This document shows positions 1 through 11,059 of a stretch of DNA of 20,000 bases, piece after piece. This stretch comes from Spongospora subterranea f. sp. subterranea. Lineage: Eukaryota. The stretch is taken from NCBI GenBank assembly GCA_049724395.1, contig JAUGWO010000107.1:354565-374564 (forward strand), in the 5' to 3' direction. Numbering within the stretch: the first letter of the stretch is position 1; each line of letters starts with the position of its first letter. Both the position numbers and the translations under genes were made by a program. The notes under the pieces are model-generated. The model saw nothing but the letters and a program-made list of their open reading frames with translations. It searched no databases and was not told where the DNA came from.

Positions 1-486
1 AATAACTCGCAATTCTTCATAACGATGAGGGCAACTCCTCATTTGAATGGCAAACATACCGTATTCGGGAGTCTGGTTGGTGGCGATGAAACCTTGGACG
101 CCATCGGTAATATTGTGTTCAATTGGACATGCGGTTTTCATGTGTGTTGACGATCATGGGTGGTGTTTTCGACAGAGGCGATCGCCGTCGATCGCAACGA
201 TCGGCCCGTTGTCGAGGTAAAGATTCTGAGCACTGAGGTGTTCATGGACCCGTTCGGCGAGCTGATGGACAGCCCAGATGATGAGGCGTCAACCGAGAAG
301 AAGCTCCCGGAACCAAAGGATGAGACGTCATATCTGGCATATTCGGATCGAATGGTTTCCGCCAAATCTACTACCGGGCAAGCTATTGGAAAATACATCA
401 ATACGTCATCGAGATCAGATCCAACTCCAATCGCTTCTCAGTCTGTAAAAAAACCTGCCGGATATGGAGATTTCTCAAATTTCTAG
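1..486 (+). CDS. PPIL2: 3' part of cyclophilin-type PPIase, PPIL2/Cyp60-like; 5' end outside window; intron 107-175
   Basis: Frame 1 from base 1 reads [28 protein letters not shown] (cyclophilin core). GT-AG intron 107-175 joins it to [27 protein letters not shown]. The C-terminal GKYIN and [12 protein letters not shown] resemble the PPIL2 tail (GKYIN...GFGDFSSW). Confidence 0.88.
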
Positions 487-897
487 TTTGATACAACTTC
501 CACACCATTATTTAAAAGGAAAAAAATCACTCTCTCAAATTTGTTCTTTGAAATGATTCGGTCAACAGATATCTGAGCCGATGTCGGTCGAATTACATTG
601 TCCCCTGCCGCTTGCGAATATGTGTTCGTCCTTTGCCGCTTGTCGTTGCCCGTCGCGATGATCATGTTGAGGATCTGGTGTGTGTGTGTTGTGGTGTGAC
701 AGATATGATCGAGTGTGGTACTGAGACCACCACCACCACCACCTTCTGGACCTTCCCCGAATATCGGATCGAACGGGGACGCCACCCAACGCCTGATTGT
801 GATCCATCCCGGGGTCGTGTCCCAAGAACGGGCACACGAACGGCCCCTGCTGTACCTCGTGATCAATCTCGCTCATCTCCCTACTCTGGGGTTGGCC

Positions 898-2164
898 ATG
901 TTCAGGGGGTGTCGAAGGCGTCAACATCGCCGGCATCCGCAGGGGCAATCGATTGCGGTCGAGAAACCGTCCACCGATCCGAACGTGCCATATCGTGAGC
1001 CGTTCCTCCATCAACACGATGATCACGAGGAATCCGCCATCGAAGGGCTCGCTCATCGATTCGTATTCCCACCCCATGCGGCCAAGAATCCCTTCATTTA
1101 CAGGTCGGCCCAATCCCATTGCCCCAAACGATTATCCCGATCGGTTGACGGCGGTTCAGAGGGTTCAAAGCGCCACGCGATTGGACGTTGGCGTTGAACA
1201 CATTGTTCTATTGCGATAACGAGACGGCCAACGTGTGGTCATCGCTGTTCGGTGTAATTCCTCTGGCGATACTGGCGCTGAACGTGCTCGTTTGCGACCA
1301 TCCCACGTTCGACCCGAGTGGTCTGGTCAGTCCTGCCCTCCCGTCCCCATCACCACCGCTCGTCCCTAACCCACACTGATGCAGTTTATCGCCATGGGGT
1401 TCTTCCTGGTCAATATCCTCCTCACATCATCCTATCACCTGTTCAATCAGGTTGATCCCCTTCGCCCCCGCGATTCCCCATTCCCACCTGATCGTGCCCG
1501 TTTTAGGTCCCTCATCTGTACGCGTTATGGTCTTTGTTGGATTTCGCCGGGATCAATATGGTCTCGAACGGCGTTCTCTCTGAAAATAATCGGCAATTGA
1601 ATGTGAATTTAGGCGATTTGCTCTTTATCATTCGCCATGTCGTGGTATGGTCATCAGATGTGGCCATCGCAGCCCTGGTATTACGAGTTCGGCACCGTGT
1701 TCCTGTTGGCGTCCATCGCCACATCGATATCGGCCGTATACAGGATACTGACGGATCACGATCCGTTCTGGCTGCAGTCGATCAACATCACCGCCTTCTT
1801 CCTGGTCCTGCAGACCTTCATCAACAGCATGCCCTATAGCTCCAGGAACATCTGCTTTATCACATTCATCACGATCGGGGCCATTATCCACGTAAATAAA
1901 GCCATCATTCGGTCGGAGGAGGTTCGCTCACAATGATTGTTTTGATTGAAGGTTGCCAAGATTCCCGAGCGATGGTTTCCAGGGTGTTTCTGCTTCATCG
2001 GCCATTCGCACATGATTTGGCATTGCAGCTATACGCTGGCGTTCTTCTGCTTCTACTCGAGCATTGTTAGGGAACAGGTTGGACCCAATGTTCTTTGGGA
2101 CGATAACTTCTTCAATCTGATCGAGACGCCGCCTTCAATCTTTCCAATAAAGCGCATTTTGTAG
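898..2164 (+). CDS. PAQR/AdipoR (haemolysin-III-like) 7-TM protein; introns 1104-1159, 1326-1384, 1451-1506, 1561-1612, 1892-1951; start codon tentative
   Basis: The spliced product contains NPFIYRGF, LFYCDNETANVWS, TSSYHLF, LDFAGI and KIPERWFPG...GHSHMIWH, all PAQR-type motifs. It has seven hydrophobic segments, and all five GT-AG introns keep the frame. Confidence 0.88.
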
Positions 2165-2221
2165 ATCAAAACTGACACAATCACCAGCGCGTTTTTATTT
2201 CCGATCAATGGGGCGCAACGT

Positions 2222-2666
2222 TCATTCTCTGCTCTCAGACGCCAACTGGTCGATCTTTGTCGCCATTTCCAGATCCTGAGCAATCCTGAGTCAGCGAGTG
2301 TGATGTGCAATACGGATTGGAGAGGATAACATTGGTCGATAATCCTTGGCAATCGTGGGTCGTCAACGTGATCGATACGCGATTGTAGCAGTTGAACCAT
2401 TCGGGATGGTGATTCATGGACTCGGCCAATAGCGCCACCCTGGTTATGATCGGGGTGGTCAGCTGCCCCGAAGCCCATGGTCGCGCCATTCCTCACCTGG
2501 TCATGAACCCCCACGCCCGGCTGAAATCGGGGAACACGAACTTCTTGTGAACGGCGTCGCGTTCCTGGACTTTATTCCAGGTTGCGGGGAATGATTGTCG
2601 CTGAATATCTGTTAACGGTTTCATGCTGGTCGACATCATCCTCAAGGTTCGTGCCGATTTCAACAT
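2222..2666 (-). CDS. PCBD: Pterin-4-alpha-carbinolamine dehydratase with probable mitochondrial presequence; exons 2666-2497, 2439-2331, 2275-2222
   Basis: Spliced product ...[69 protein letters not shown] carries the HHPEW and THD signatures. The N-terminus [16 protein letters not shown] is basic and hydroxylated with no acidic residues. Confidence 0.93.
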
Positions 2667-2746
2667 GGCAACGGCCGACTCCGACTCTCTCCGAAGTGAG
2701 ACCGGAAAGAGCGCGGCGTTTTCAACTCTACACAAAGGAAATGGGT

Positions 2747-5373
2747 TTATTTTTTGACGGGTTCTTCACTGAATTCGATGGGAAATGACGACCGAATCCG
2801 GCCCCATAGATTGAACCGGACAGATACGATCGCGACGGCCGATGTGATCACTGATAGGATGAGACCTCTTCTGCACCACCGTAGCACCTTTCTCCTCTGC
2901 CTTTGAGCTGGAGTTGTGGGCAGAAATCCGTCCCTGAAACACGACATGGTTTAGAATGGCGATTCGGCCGATATCTAGTAATTTTCTTACGGGAGCAGCG
3001 CCGCTTCACTTAGGTTCTTGAATAGCCCTCCAAGATCCTTTCGGCAGGCGCCGCTTGATAGCGCCACAAGATCGTACATGGCGCAAACGTCCTGCGGATC
3101 GAGGCCATCGCCGTCAGCGTCTACTTGCTCAACCGCCGGTCTATCAGACTTGAATGCCAACATGATATGCGGGACGTTGAATGGTAATCTGTTGTTCTCT
3201 CGATAAGCTCAATGCTGAGATGGGTATGATACATGAATACTTGGATTTCAACAAGCCGGTGATATATGCTAAAGAATGGGAATCAGTCAGGTCAAACATC
3301 AGAAGGACCAGGTTCGCAGAAAGGGACATCCTCAGCAATTGTCTCATTGACGACTGAAGCAATGGCAGGGACCTTGACACAGCACAAATAAGGGCGTTGG
3401 GTATGCGTTGGAATTGCGGTGATACCTCAGTCACTATAAAAAACTTGCTCTCATCACCGACTTCATAAAGATCGGTCACGTCAACCATATTCGCCACTGA
3501 CGCGCAAAACAATTCAGAAACTGTGATTGATAAGCGCTTTGGATTCGAACCGGTGTGCGGCGATTGAGTGGGGCGATGGGACAAAGCCATCGGCTTGTTC
3601 AGCAACCTGTCCAGCAACGCTGATAGCGGCTACAATCAATCTCCCAGTAGAGGATACATGGCAGTCAGCATACCACTTTTACCGCATTTACTTGAGCCAA
3701 ATACAATGCAATGCAGCGTATTTCGCGAAGAAGACGCTGTGTGCCCGGTTTTGATCGCTTTAACGCATTCAGACACCGAACCAGCTGGATAACCAAGGGA
3801 GACAAGAGTCGTGAGGGCAGTTCGCACATCAAAGAACGCGAGCAACCTGTGTAAATATGACAATGTGTGAATCCGTTGACAGCGATGTTTGACAAAAACT
3901 TACGCAAACTGGGAAAGCCAACCCGATAGGGTCAACGAACCAGAAGAGTCAGCTGACACATAATTCCCATAGGCGGGAGGAAAAGGTGGCCCAGCAGCAC
4001 TTGCGAAAAACAATGATGATAATTCAGCGGAATTCAAAACACCATCCTCGACAACAATTCAGGCCAACCGTGAAATAGCTTCTAGACAATGCAGAAAACG
4101 TACCTCGTCAACATCAAACTGTTTGAACAAGTTATACAGCCACCTTAAGCCGTAATCGACCGTTAATTCAAATCGGTCACCAGAACTTATGATTGAAGAA
4201 AAGTCGAGAAAATCCTCACGAATTGCCAGATTGTCGTCATAGCCAAAGACGCGAAGCACCCTCCAAGGAGTTTCTACCTTTCCACGTTCAATAAATAGTT
4301 GATGCAGCATATAAAACCCTTGAAGCGTCACACAATCATCGACAACAAACGATTCGGACTGAAAACCCAATGAGTTTAATCGTAGCTTTCAAATCCTGGA
4401 TGCTGCAACGAACCCCTCTCACCCAGCATACGCTTAATAATAGCGATATCGCTAGGCTTCAATGGAACTTCGAAACACATGTTCTGGAAGCAATCAAGTT
4501 CGACAGAAGAAAGTTTCCCGTCCATATCGGCATCACATTGCCGAAATATCCTGGTCAAGGCCATGATGAAGGGCTTTTTGAGGGTCTGCAGTATCAAGTT
4601 AATTTTGAGAAAAATTATACTCTTGTTGTGAGGTGCCTTTGAACTGCGGTCGAATAAAGGAGCCACAGGATGCGTCACTGATTTTTGTGCAAAATAAAAC
4701 ACTTCGGGAACGTGAATCTGAATCTTTGCTGAACATTCAACGCAGTTGGATATCTGAATCAACGATTGAACAGAGGAAACTAATACGACAATTGTTTCGT
4801 ATAGAACCTTGAAGTCAGCAACAAGTTGTTGAAAACGCTTTGTGATGGAGCCTCTGTTTGATTCATCAATGAGATCGATCTTATTGACCGCCAAAACTAT
4901 TGGAACCTGGGCTTAAAGATTCATTTGGGATCTTCCGGTCGCAATGAGTGCAACGGTGTTATTACATTGGGATTCAGTTCAGAAAGGAGCGGAAGCCAGT
5001 GCGAAAAAATTCGTTCGAGCGACTGTTCCTGGTCTGCAGCGCAAACAATGGCGGCAACATCGCAGAGGCGGAGCTCGTTTTTGACATTGTCGAATTCGCT
5101 CTGTGCAGCTACATACGACATGGAAATTAGACCAAAAACAGCATCTTCGCATTGAAACAAATTACAAGACGTGTCGATCAATGTGAATTTGATCTTGTCC
5201 GGCGTGATATCGGGAGGGACAACGATCGGATGCATGACCGATGGAACCGTGGTCGGGAACGCTTCGGAAACCAACGTGCTGCATAATGATGTCTTACCGC
5301 ATCCTGCATCACCGACCAACGCCAGACGTACAGACTTTCGCGTCGTATCTCCGGGAAGTGATAAATTCGTCAT
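2747..5373 (-). CDS. RHOT: Mitochondrial Rho GTPase Miro (Gem1/RHOT), multi-exon
   Basis: Domains occur in Miro order: GTPase 1 (GDAGCGKTSL, NKID, VECSAK), EVFYFAQKSVTHPVAPLF, EF-hand 1 (DADMDGKLSSVE), WRVLRVFGYDDNL, EF-hand 2 (FDVDE|DGVLNSAE), GTPase 2 (VFGSSKCGKS), and a C-terminal tail anchor (GLILSVITSAVAIVSV) flanked by basic residues. Exon boundaries in the 3' third are not fully resolved. Confidence 0.95.
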
Positions 5374-5543
5374 TTTGCTGCCCGATTTCTAGACGATCAT
5401 TTAACAGATCAAGATACTTTTCGAATGAAAGTGAAGCCCTTCTCCGCCGACCCAAGGGGTCCACCAACAACCGGGCTGCGCTTCGTACCACCATTCTCAT
5501 AGGGCATAGCGCAACCCTATCCAGCGGTCAGATACCCAACACT

Positions 5544-5654
5544 GTCATTTATGGGTACAGTTACAGTCGCGTGTATTGGTAGAGTTACAGTCATGTATGG
5601 GTGCAGTCACAGTCGCGTTTCTTGGTAGAGTTACGGTCATGTATGTGGTACAGT
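5544..5654. repeat. 46-bp tandem repeat, ~2.4 copies, upstream of Miro
   Basis: gtcatttatgggtacagttacagtcgcgtgtattggtagagttaca at 5544, gtcatgtatgggtgcagtcacagtcgcgtttcttggtagagttacg at 5590, and a partial copy from 5636. Confidence 0.85.
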
Positions 5655-6127
5655 GATGGTAGTGTAATGGGGTTGCCCCAAAGTCCCAATGCGGATGATC
5701 AACTGTTGGATGGCGAAATCACAGGTTGAACAATATTTTTGCTGATTGTTCGGAGAGACAAGTCAGGACTTGGGATCCCGGAAATTTGACAATAGTGAGA
5801 CACAAATATCCAGTAACCTCAGTGTCCAAATCACACGAGTTCCAGATGTTCCCGATCAACGCCTGCAACTCTTGGTATCAGTTGGTCGGACAGTCGTTAA
5901 GAGAATTGGGTTGGGAACTGAACATCAACGAACCGAAGAACTCCCGAATTAAGAGTAGGGTCGACACTTCATCTGTGTGTTCTCTGGGATTTACTCTCAC
6001 ACCAGACCGAATCGCATTCAATCTTTCCCCAGATATAAACCTGATCTAAACGAAATTTAACGACGATTGTCTGTTGCGCTCATTCCACTTCTCTGGAGAT
6101 TGACCATTTATTTTTGACTAAATTTGA

Positions 6128-7930
6128 TTAACGTGATGGACGACGCCTCGATGTTGACAGTATATCTGCAGAGTGCTGTCGCCTGTTGACGACAGGGAGG
6201 TCGACCTCATCGCCCCCATCGTCGTCGTCGAATGCGGACGCCAAGTCGGGCGGGATGATGGCGACCGTATCGGCCGCGTCCGTTTTCAACAACCGCACGT
6301 GATCGGCGTCGGTCATCCGTCGCTGGGCGAGGTGCATATTCACATAGCGATTGGTGAACCGCTCCACCCGCTCCAGGAACGCCTCTAGGTTGCCATCGTG
6401 CACATTCTCCTTGATCGTCAGCGATTCGTTGGCGTCGTGCCCGACCACGTTATCCATGAAAAGCCCAACCCGTCGCTTCACCACGTCCATACAGTCGTCG
6501 CAGCGCCGCATCTCGGCTTCGTATTCCCGATTACGGCCGTCAACAATCGCCGCATCCCTGATCACGGAATCAATCAACAAGCCCGTTTTGGCCGGCGTTG
6601 ACGACGGCGCCTGTACGGAAGGCTGATGGCGAGATTGCAGGGAGACGATATCGGCCTCGGTCGACTCGATCTGTGAGTTCGTATCCGATAGGTTCGAGAA
6701 CAGATAGAAGTTGTAGTCCTCCGATTTCATGAACGCGTCCACAATCTCGTCAACGGAGCACAGTCGCGTCGTCCGCGTGATCTTCATCAGCGACTCCTCG
6801 TGCGCCAGGACGTTCCGGGTCATCTCGGCGATCTGGTGTCGGTAATCGCGCAGGCGAGCATCGGCCGCCATGAACCGCCGCCTCACTTCCTCCTCCTTGT
6901 CGGCCTCTTGCGTCATCTGGTCCACCGACTTGATGTTCTTCTTCTCCTTCGCTCGCTGAACGTCCTCCAGCATCAGCGTCTCCTGCTGCAAGCTGTCCTC
7001 GGTCAGCTGTTTCACCAGCTCGTGCCAAGTCGCCTCGAGCCGGCCCAGCTCGACGAACGCGCTGTCCTTGACCTGGGTCAGGTCGAGACCGATCCGGTTA
7101 ATCCCGTTGAACAACTGCAGCGTCCGCTCCATCATTATCCCCAGATCCCTTTTGTTCTCGTTCAGCTCTCGTTCGTTCCTCAGCACCAGGGTGTCGAACG
7201 TCCCCCGCTCTCGTCGCAGGTCGTCAATGGTTTCCCGCATTGCTTTATTCTGCGATAACGCCTCGCTAAACTTCACCAGAGCCTTGAACAAACAAACCAA
7301 AAATCACTGAAAGTGATTTGATATTCTTCAACAAATTCAGTCTTTACCGAGTCCAATTTGCTTTCGTCAGCCAGTAAGCGGCGTTCCATGTTGTAAACAC
7401 TATTCTTCGACGAATTAACATCTAGCGCGATCCGTTTCTGTTCCGATAGGAACACCCGCTGCTTGTCGATCTTCTTCTCGGTTTCGATGAGAACGTGGGT
7501 TTCGCGGGCGATCCTAGCGTGATAGTGCTCCGCCTCGTTCTGCAGTCGTCCAACCCGTCGCCCGACCGCCCGCCGAACCATCGTGTGCGTCTTGCCCGTC
7601 TCCAGGCGCAGATCGTCTTGGGCCGTCGAGCTGATTTCCTTGAGCCGCGTCAGCTGCAGCATTCGCACATTGGCCAAATGCCCGGTCGATATCCCGGTTT
7701 GTTTCCTGTGAATCTCAATCTGTCTGAACCGCCGTTGTAATGTCTCGATCTCGGCCTGAACGCTATCGACATGCTGTGAATTGACCGTTTCAGCAATTGG
7801 GTTTTAAAATCTTGATCCGATATTGGTGGTGTGTTCCGACCTTTTGGCGCGATATACTCCCAGGGATTACGCCAGCGGTTGGATCAGGGGATCCGTCAAC
7901 GCTGCCACCATAATGGCCAGCGTCCGACAT
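6128..7930 (-). CDS. ODAD1: Outer dynein arm docking complex subunit (ODA1/DC2, CCDC114/CCDC63 family), ~556 aa; exons 7930-7841, 7773-7348, 7282-6128
   Basis: Coiled-coil protein with EIETLQRRFRQIE, KFSEALSQNKAMRETIDDLRRERGTFD and VDEIVDAFMKSEDYNFYLF, matching ODA-DC2 family blocks. Two phase-0 GT-AG introns give one continuous frame. The first exon is less certain. Confidence 0.82.
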
Positions 7931-8630
7931 CAACGCAACGATTATCCGACCGCCGTCCACCGATGGTAATCGGTCGCCAGCCTGGGGTATCGCTTCAAGA
8001 CCCGGTCCAACCCGAGACAATTTCTGGGAATGACAGTGAGTACCAGCGATCAAAGATATCAGGGCCATCACTACTCCATTGGCGCTAAAATAGCGACTTT
8101 CGCTGTGCAGCATATGATGTCAGCGAGCCAATCGCATCGTGAAATCAAGTGGAATCCAAATCAGAATGCGACGGTGTTGATCTGGAGAAACAAAAAAAAA
8201 GGTAATTTTGGAGTATTGATATGATGATCTGTACAAAACACATTGTTTACCTTTCCTAGAGCTTCATCTACCGAAAAACAATAGGGCTGATGACCTGTAG
8301 ATCACCCAGAACTGGATTATGAAATTAAGACTGCTTTGACTGCACAATTTCAGATGTCTGATTTAGGACCCTCTCAAGACTTGCATAGGAATCGAGTATC
8401 GATCGAAATGACGCACGTAACTCGGTTTTCATTCACCAGGCACAGTACACAGAGCAGATTCTGGAGATGTACGACATGAACTCGTGCAGATCTCAACCTA
8501 CTCCACCCTCAAATATCAGACTCACCAAGAACATGTGCCCTACCACCTCTTCAGACCGTGACGCCGTCCTCATCGAACAGGGCCGTATTGAACGAGCTGC
8601 TGTGGGTCATCTAATTTGGATGCTCGTGTC

Positions 8631-8804
8631 GAGGTCCATAAAGAAGGTTTCTCGTATCTTGACTTTAGACTGTTCAGCTGATTCACGTTTGAATTTCAGG
8701 GCAGCAGCTTCTTTATCGAAAATAAAAGTTGCTGCCCTGATATTCAAACGTGAATCAGCTGAACAGTCTAAGTCAAGATACGAGAAACCGTCTTTAAGGA
8801 CCTC
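8631..8804. mobile_element. Fold-back/MITE-like palindromic insertion inside the Copia RT
   Basis: Arms 8631-8710 and 8726-8804 are inverted copies (4 substitutions, 1 indel). The insert splits the RT block GHLIWMLV / RPHIAYAV. No clear TSD. Confidence 0.8.
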
Positions 8805-9471
8805 CATACGACGCACGTCCACATATAGCCTATGCCGTCGGCGAAGTGTCACGATATGTCCAAGATCGTGGCCAGGCCCATTTTACCGCGATTAAACGTA
8901 TTTTCCGATATCTGAAGGGTACCATTCAGTACGGATTGTTATTCCAACGGCAATGTAATTCATCCAAGCTGACACTAACAGGATATTCCGTTCCGATTGT
9001 GCCGGCGATGTCGATACACGAAGATCAACATCTGGGTACATTTTTCTCTCAACGGGTGTCCCATTTCCTTCAAAGTCAAGAAACAGACGTCGACAGCATT
9101 GTCCTCTTGCGAAGCCGAGACTATCGCATGTTCTCTGGCAGGTGCTGAAGCTATAAGGTGACGCAATGTCATGTCCGAAATTGGTTTCAGACAAGACCCG
9201 GCAACTGTGTTATTTCAGGACAATGAGGGATCCATCGCCTTCTCAACATGCGAGATGAATCACTCTAAAATGAAACACATTGCCTTGCGAGAGCATTTCT
9301 TCCGAGACCTGGTAACCGACAAGACTTTTTCACCAACTTATGTTCCGACCACGGAAAATCTGGCTTGATATTTTCACGAAGCCCTTAGGTCGGATGAAGT
9401 TTGCTGAATTTTGAAGCAAAATTTGCTGTATGCCTAAAAATGTACTCGTACAAGTTTACGGTTGAGGGGGG

Positions 9472-9583
9472 AGTTAAAGCATGGTTCATACTGTATATCA
9501 ACCTATACATAGTTTACGGCCTCCGTACGGACTAAACTCCGCTCGTGCAACTAAAATAAACCCTCTCACTTCGTTCATTAACA
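9472..9583 (+). repeat. Putative short (~112 bp) Copia 3' LTR
   Basis: Follows the PPT. Termini agttaa...ttaaca are one mismatch from the inverted TGTTAA...TTAACA. AATAAA at 9555-9560. Confidence 0.6.
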
Positions 9584-10180
9584 AAAGCCGCCATGTCTTT
9601 AAAACGTTCGTTATTTTTGTTTCTGGCCGGCGAGCATTGCCTTGCCCTGGGCAGCTCCTCCTGTGACAAGCAGGAAATTCTCAGGATTGTCCAAAAACGT
9701 CACTATTGCCAGGATCTCGGTTTTGCTGGTGCGGTTGCGACCGATGGTGTAGACCTTTCCTGGCATCGTTATCTCAATTGATAAATCCAAAATCTGCGCC
9801 CACGGGAAATCCGAATCTTCCACTTCATGATTACCCGGATTAGTGCGTTAAGGGGATAAAACTTCTTTTTTTTTTTTGACCTCTTCGGCATTACTGACCA
9901 ACAAAAACACTGGTGCCATTGCATTATAGCCGCCCGAAATCTAAGATTCGGATTTCCCGTGGGCGCAGATTTGGATTTATCAATTGAGATAACGATGCCC
10001 GGAAAGGTCTACACCATCGGTCGCAACCGCACCAGCAAAACCGAGATCTGGCAATAGTGACGTTTTTGGACAATCCTGAGAATTTCCTGCTTGTCACAGG
10101 AGGAGCTGCCCAGGGCAAGGCAATGCTCGCCGGCCAGAAGTAAAAATAACGAAAGTTTTGAAGACATGGCGGCTTTTGTT
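9580..10180. repeat. ~240-bp inverted repeat (9580-9819 vs 9943-10180, 123-bp spacer): a truncated inverted second copy of the Harbinger ORF1 5' end
   Basis: The arms match as reverse complements with few differences. The left arm encodes MPGKVYTIGRNRTSKTEILAIVTFLDNPENF on the minus strand. Confidence 0.93.
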
Positions 10181-10990
10181 GATTCTATAATTAATCAGAA
10201 AGACCGCCATTGGTCCCATGAGGACGCTAAGAGCCGTTATAACAGCTACTGGAAACTGTACAAGAAAACCAGGAAAGAACGGTCACAAACCGGATGGGGC
10301 GTTGACGACAAAGACAGAACCAAAGATATCCTCACAATTGAGGATAAGCTCGAGGCGCAATGTCCCTTTTACTCGCGCATGGACGCGTTGTTTGGTCACC
10401 GGCAGAATACTGCACCATCCGCTGTTGATGAATTTTTTAACACGTTCTCAAGCGGTGGCCAAACTATTTCGTCGGAGAGTGATATCGATTCCGAAAATTC
10501 AAATGACGTTGAAGAGGAAGATATTGATGATCCCCACTCGCTGAACAATGCTTTTGAGAGCCAAGTTTCTTTGGATCCTCGTGACGAGAGAGTCCAGTCG
10601 CCTGACCCCGTGCTCGATTTTACAGTAACTGAGAAAAGTAGCGCCGGCCGGTCGATTACGTCATCGCGTCGCCATCCATTCAAAAGATGCAAATCAAAAA
10701 TGGAGTTTCCTCTCCACAATACCCCTCAAAATATTCTCCCGAAGAATCAAAAAAAGGATTTTGCCGCTGTCTTGGCCGAAATTCAAGTCAATCAACTTGA
10801 GTTTGACCGCCAGAAACTGGACAGAGAAATGGCCTTACAGGAAAAACATGCAGCGATCGAAGCCCAGAAGCGGGAAGATCAATCACTTTTAGCAATACAG
10901 GTTGCCAAAGGCAACATGGTGGTCAGTCTCAAGCAGGCGGGCCACAGCATTGAAGAGATAAAGGAAGCTTTATTCCTTGTGTTTCCATAA
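9995..10990 (+). pseudogene. Harbinger-associated Myb/SANT-like DNA-binding protein, two frameshifts near the 5' end
   Basis: ATG at 9995 (MPGKVYTIGR). The downstream frame reads FEDMAAFV...WSHEDAKSRYNSYWKLYKKT...QTGWGV...KLEAQCPFYSRMDALFG, followed by an acidic linker and a C-terminal coiled coil. Confidence 0.72.
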
Positions 10991-11059
10991 AAAGTTATGC
11001 CATTGCTTGTGTTTCCTTAAAATGTTATGCCCAGTAATGCAGTACCTTCTGTTGATTGT

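Larger units (their letters stand above)
8286..9583 (+). mobile_element. 5'-truncated, decayed Ty1/Copia LTR retrotransposon (RT C-half, RNase H, PPT, 3' LTR)
   Basis: ADDL*IT (YVDD remnant), FQMSDLG, HQAQYTEQILEMYDM, RPHIAYAVGEVSRY, AIKRIFRYLKGT, AGDVDTRRSTSGY, ALSSCEAE, FQDNEGSI, KMKHIALREHFFRD, VPTTENLA and FTKPL, broken by frameshifts and stops. Polypurine tract gaggggggag at ~9464-9473. Confidence 0.93.

Noticed and set aside
483..900. Extra small gene between PPIL2 and the PAQR gene (ORFs 483-866, 562-1119, 612-998)
   Set aside because: No recognisable motifs; the poly-G/W/T/P runs come from a (cca)n microsatellite. A spliced minus-strand gene or a longer PAQR 5' end cannot be excluded.
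5726..6049. 107-aa ORF as a gene
   Set aside because: Non-ATG start and no recognisable similarity.
6173..7740. Plus-strand ORFs opposite ODA1 (and similar ones opposite Miro and PCBD)
   Set aside because: Antisense shadows of GC-rich coding sequence.
8607..8852. Minus-strand ORF sharing peptide text (LDCSADSRLN, FKRESAEQSK) with the plus-strand ORF
   Set aside because: A by-product of the DNA palindrome, not a gene.
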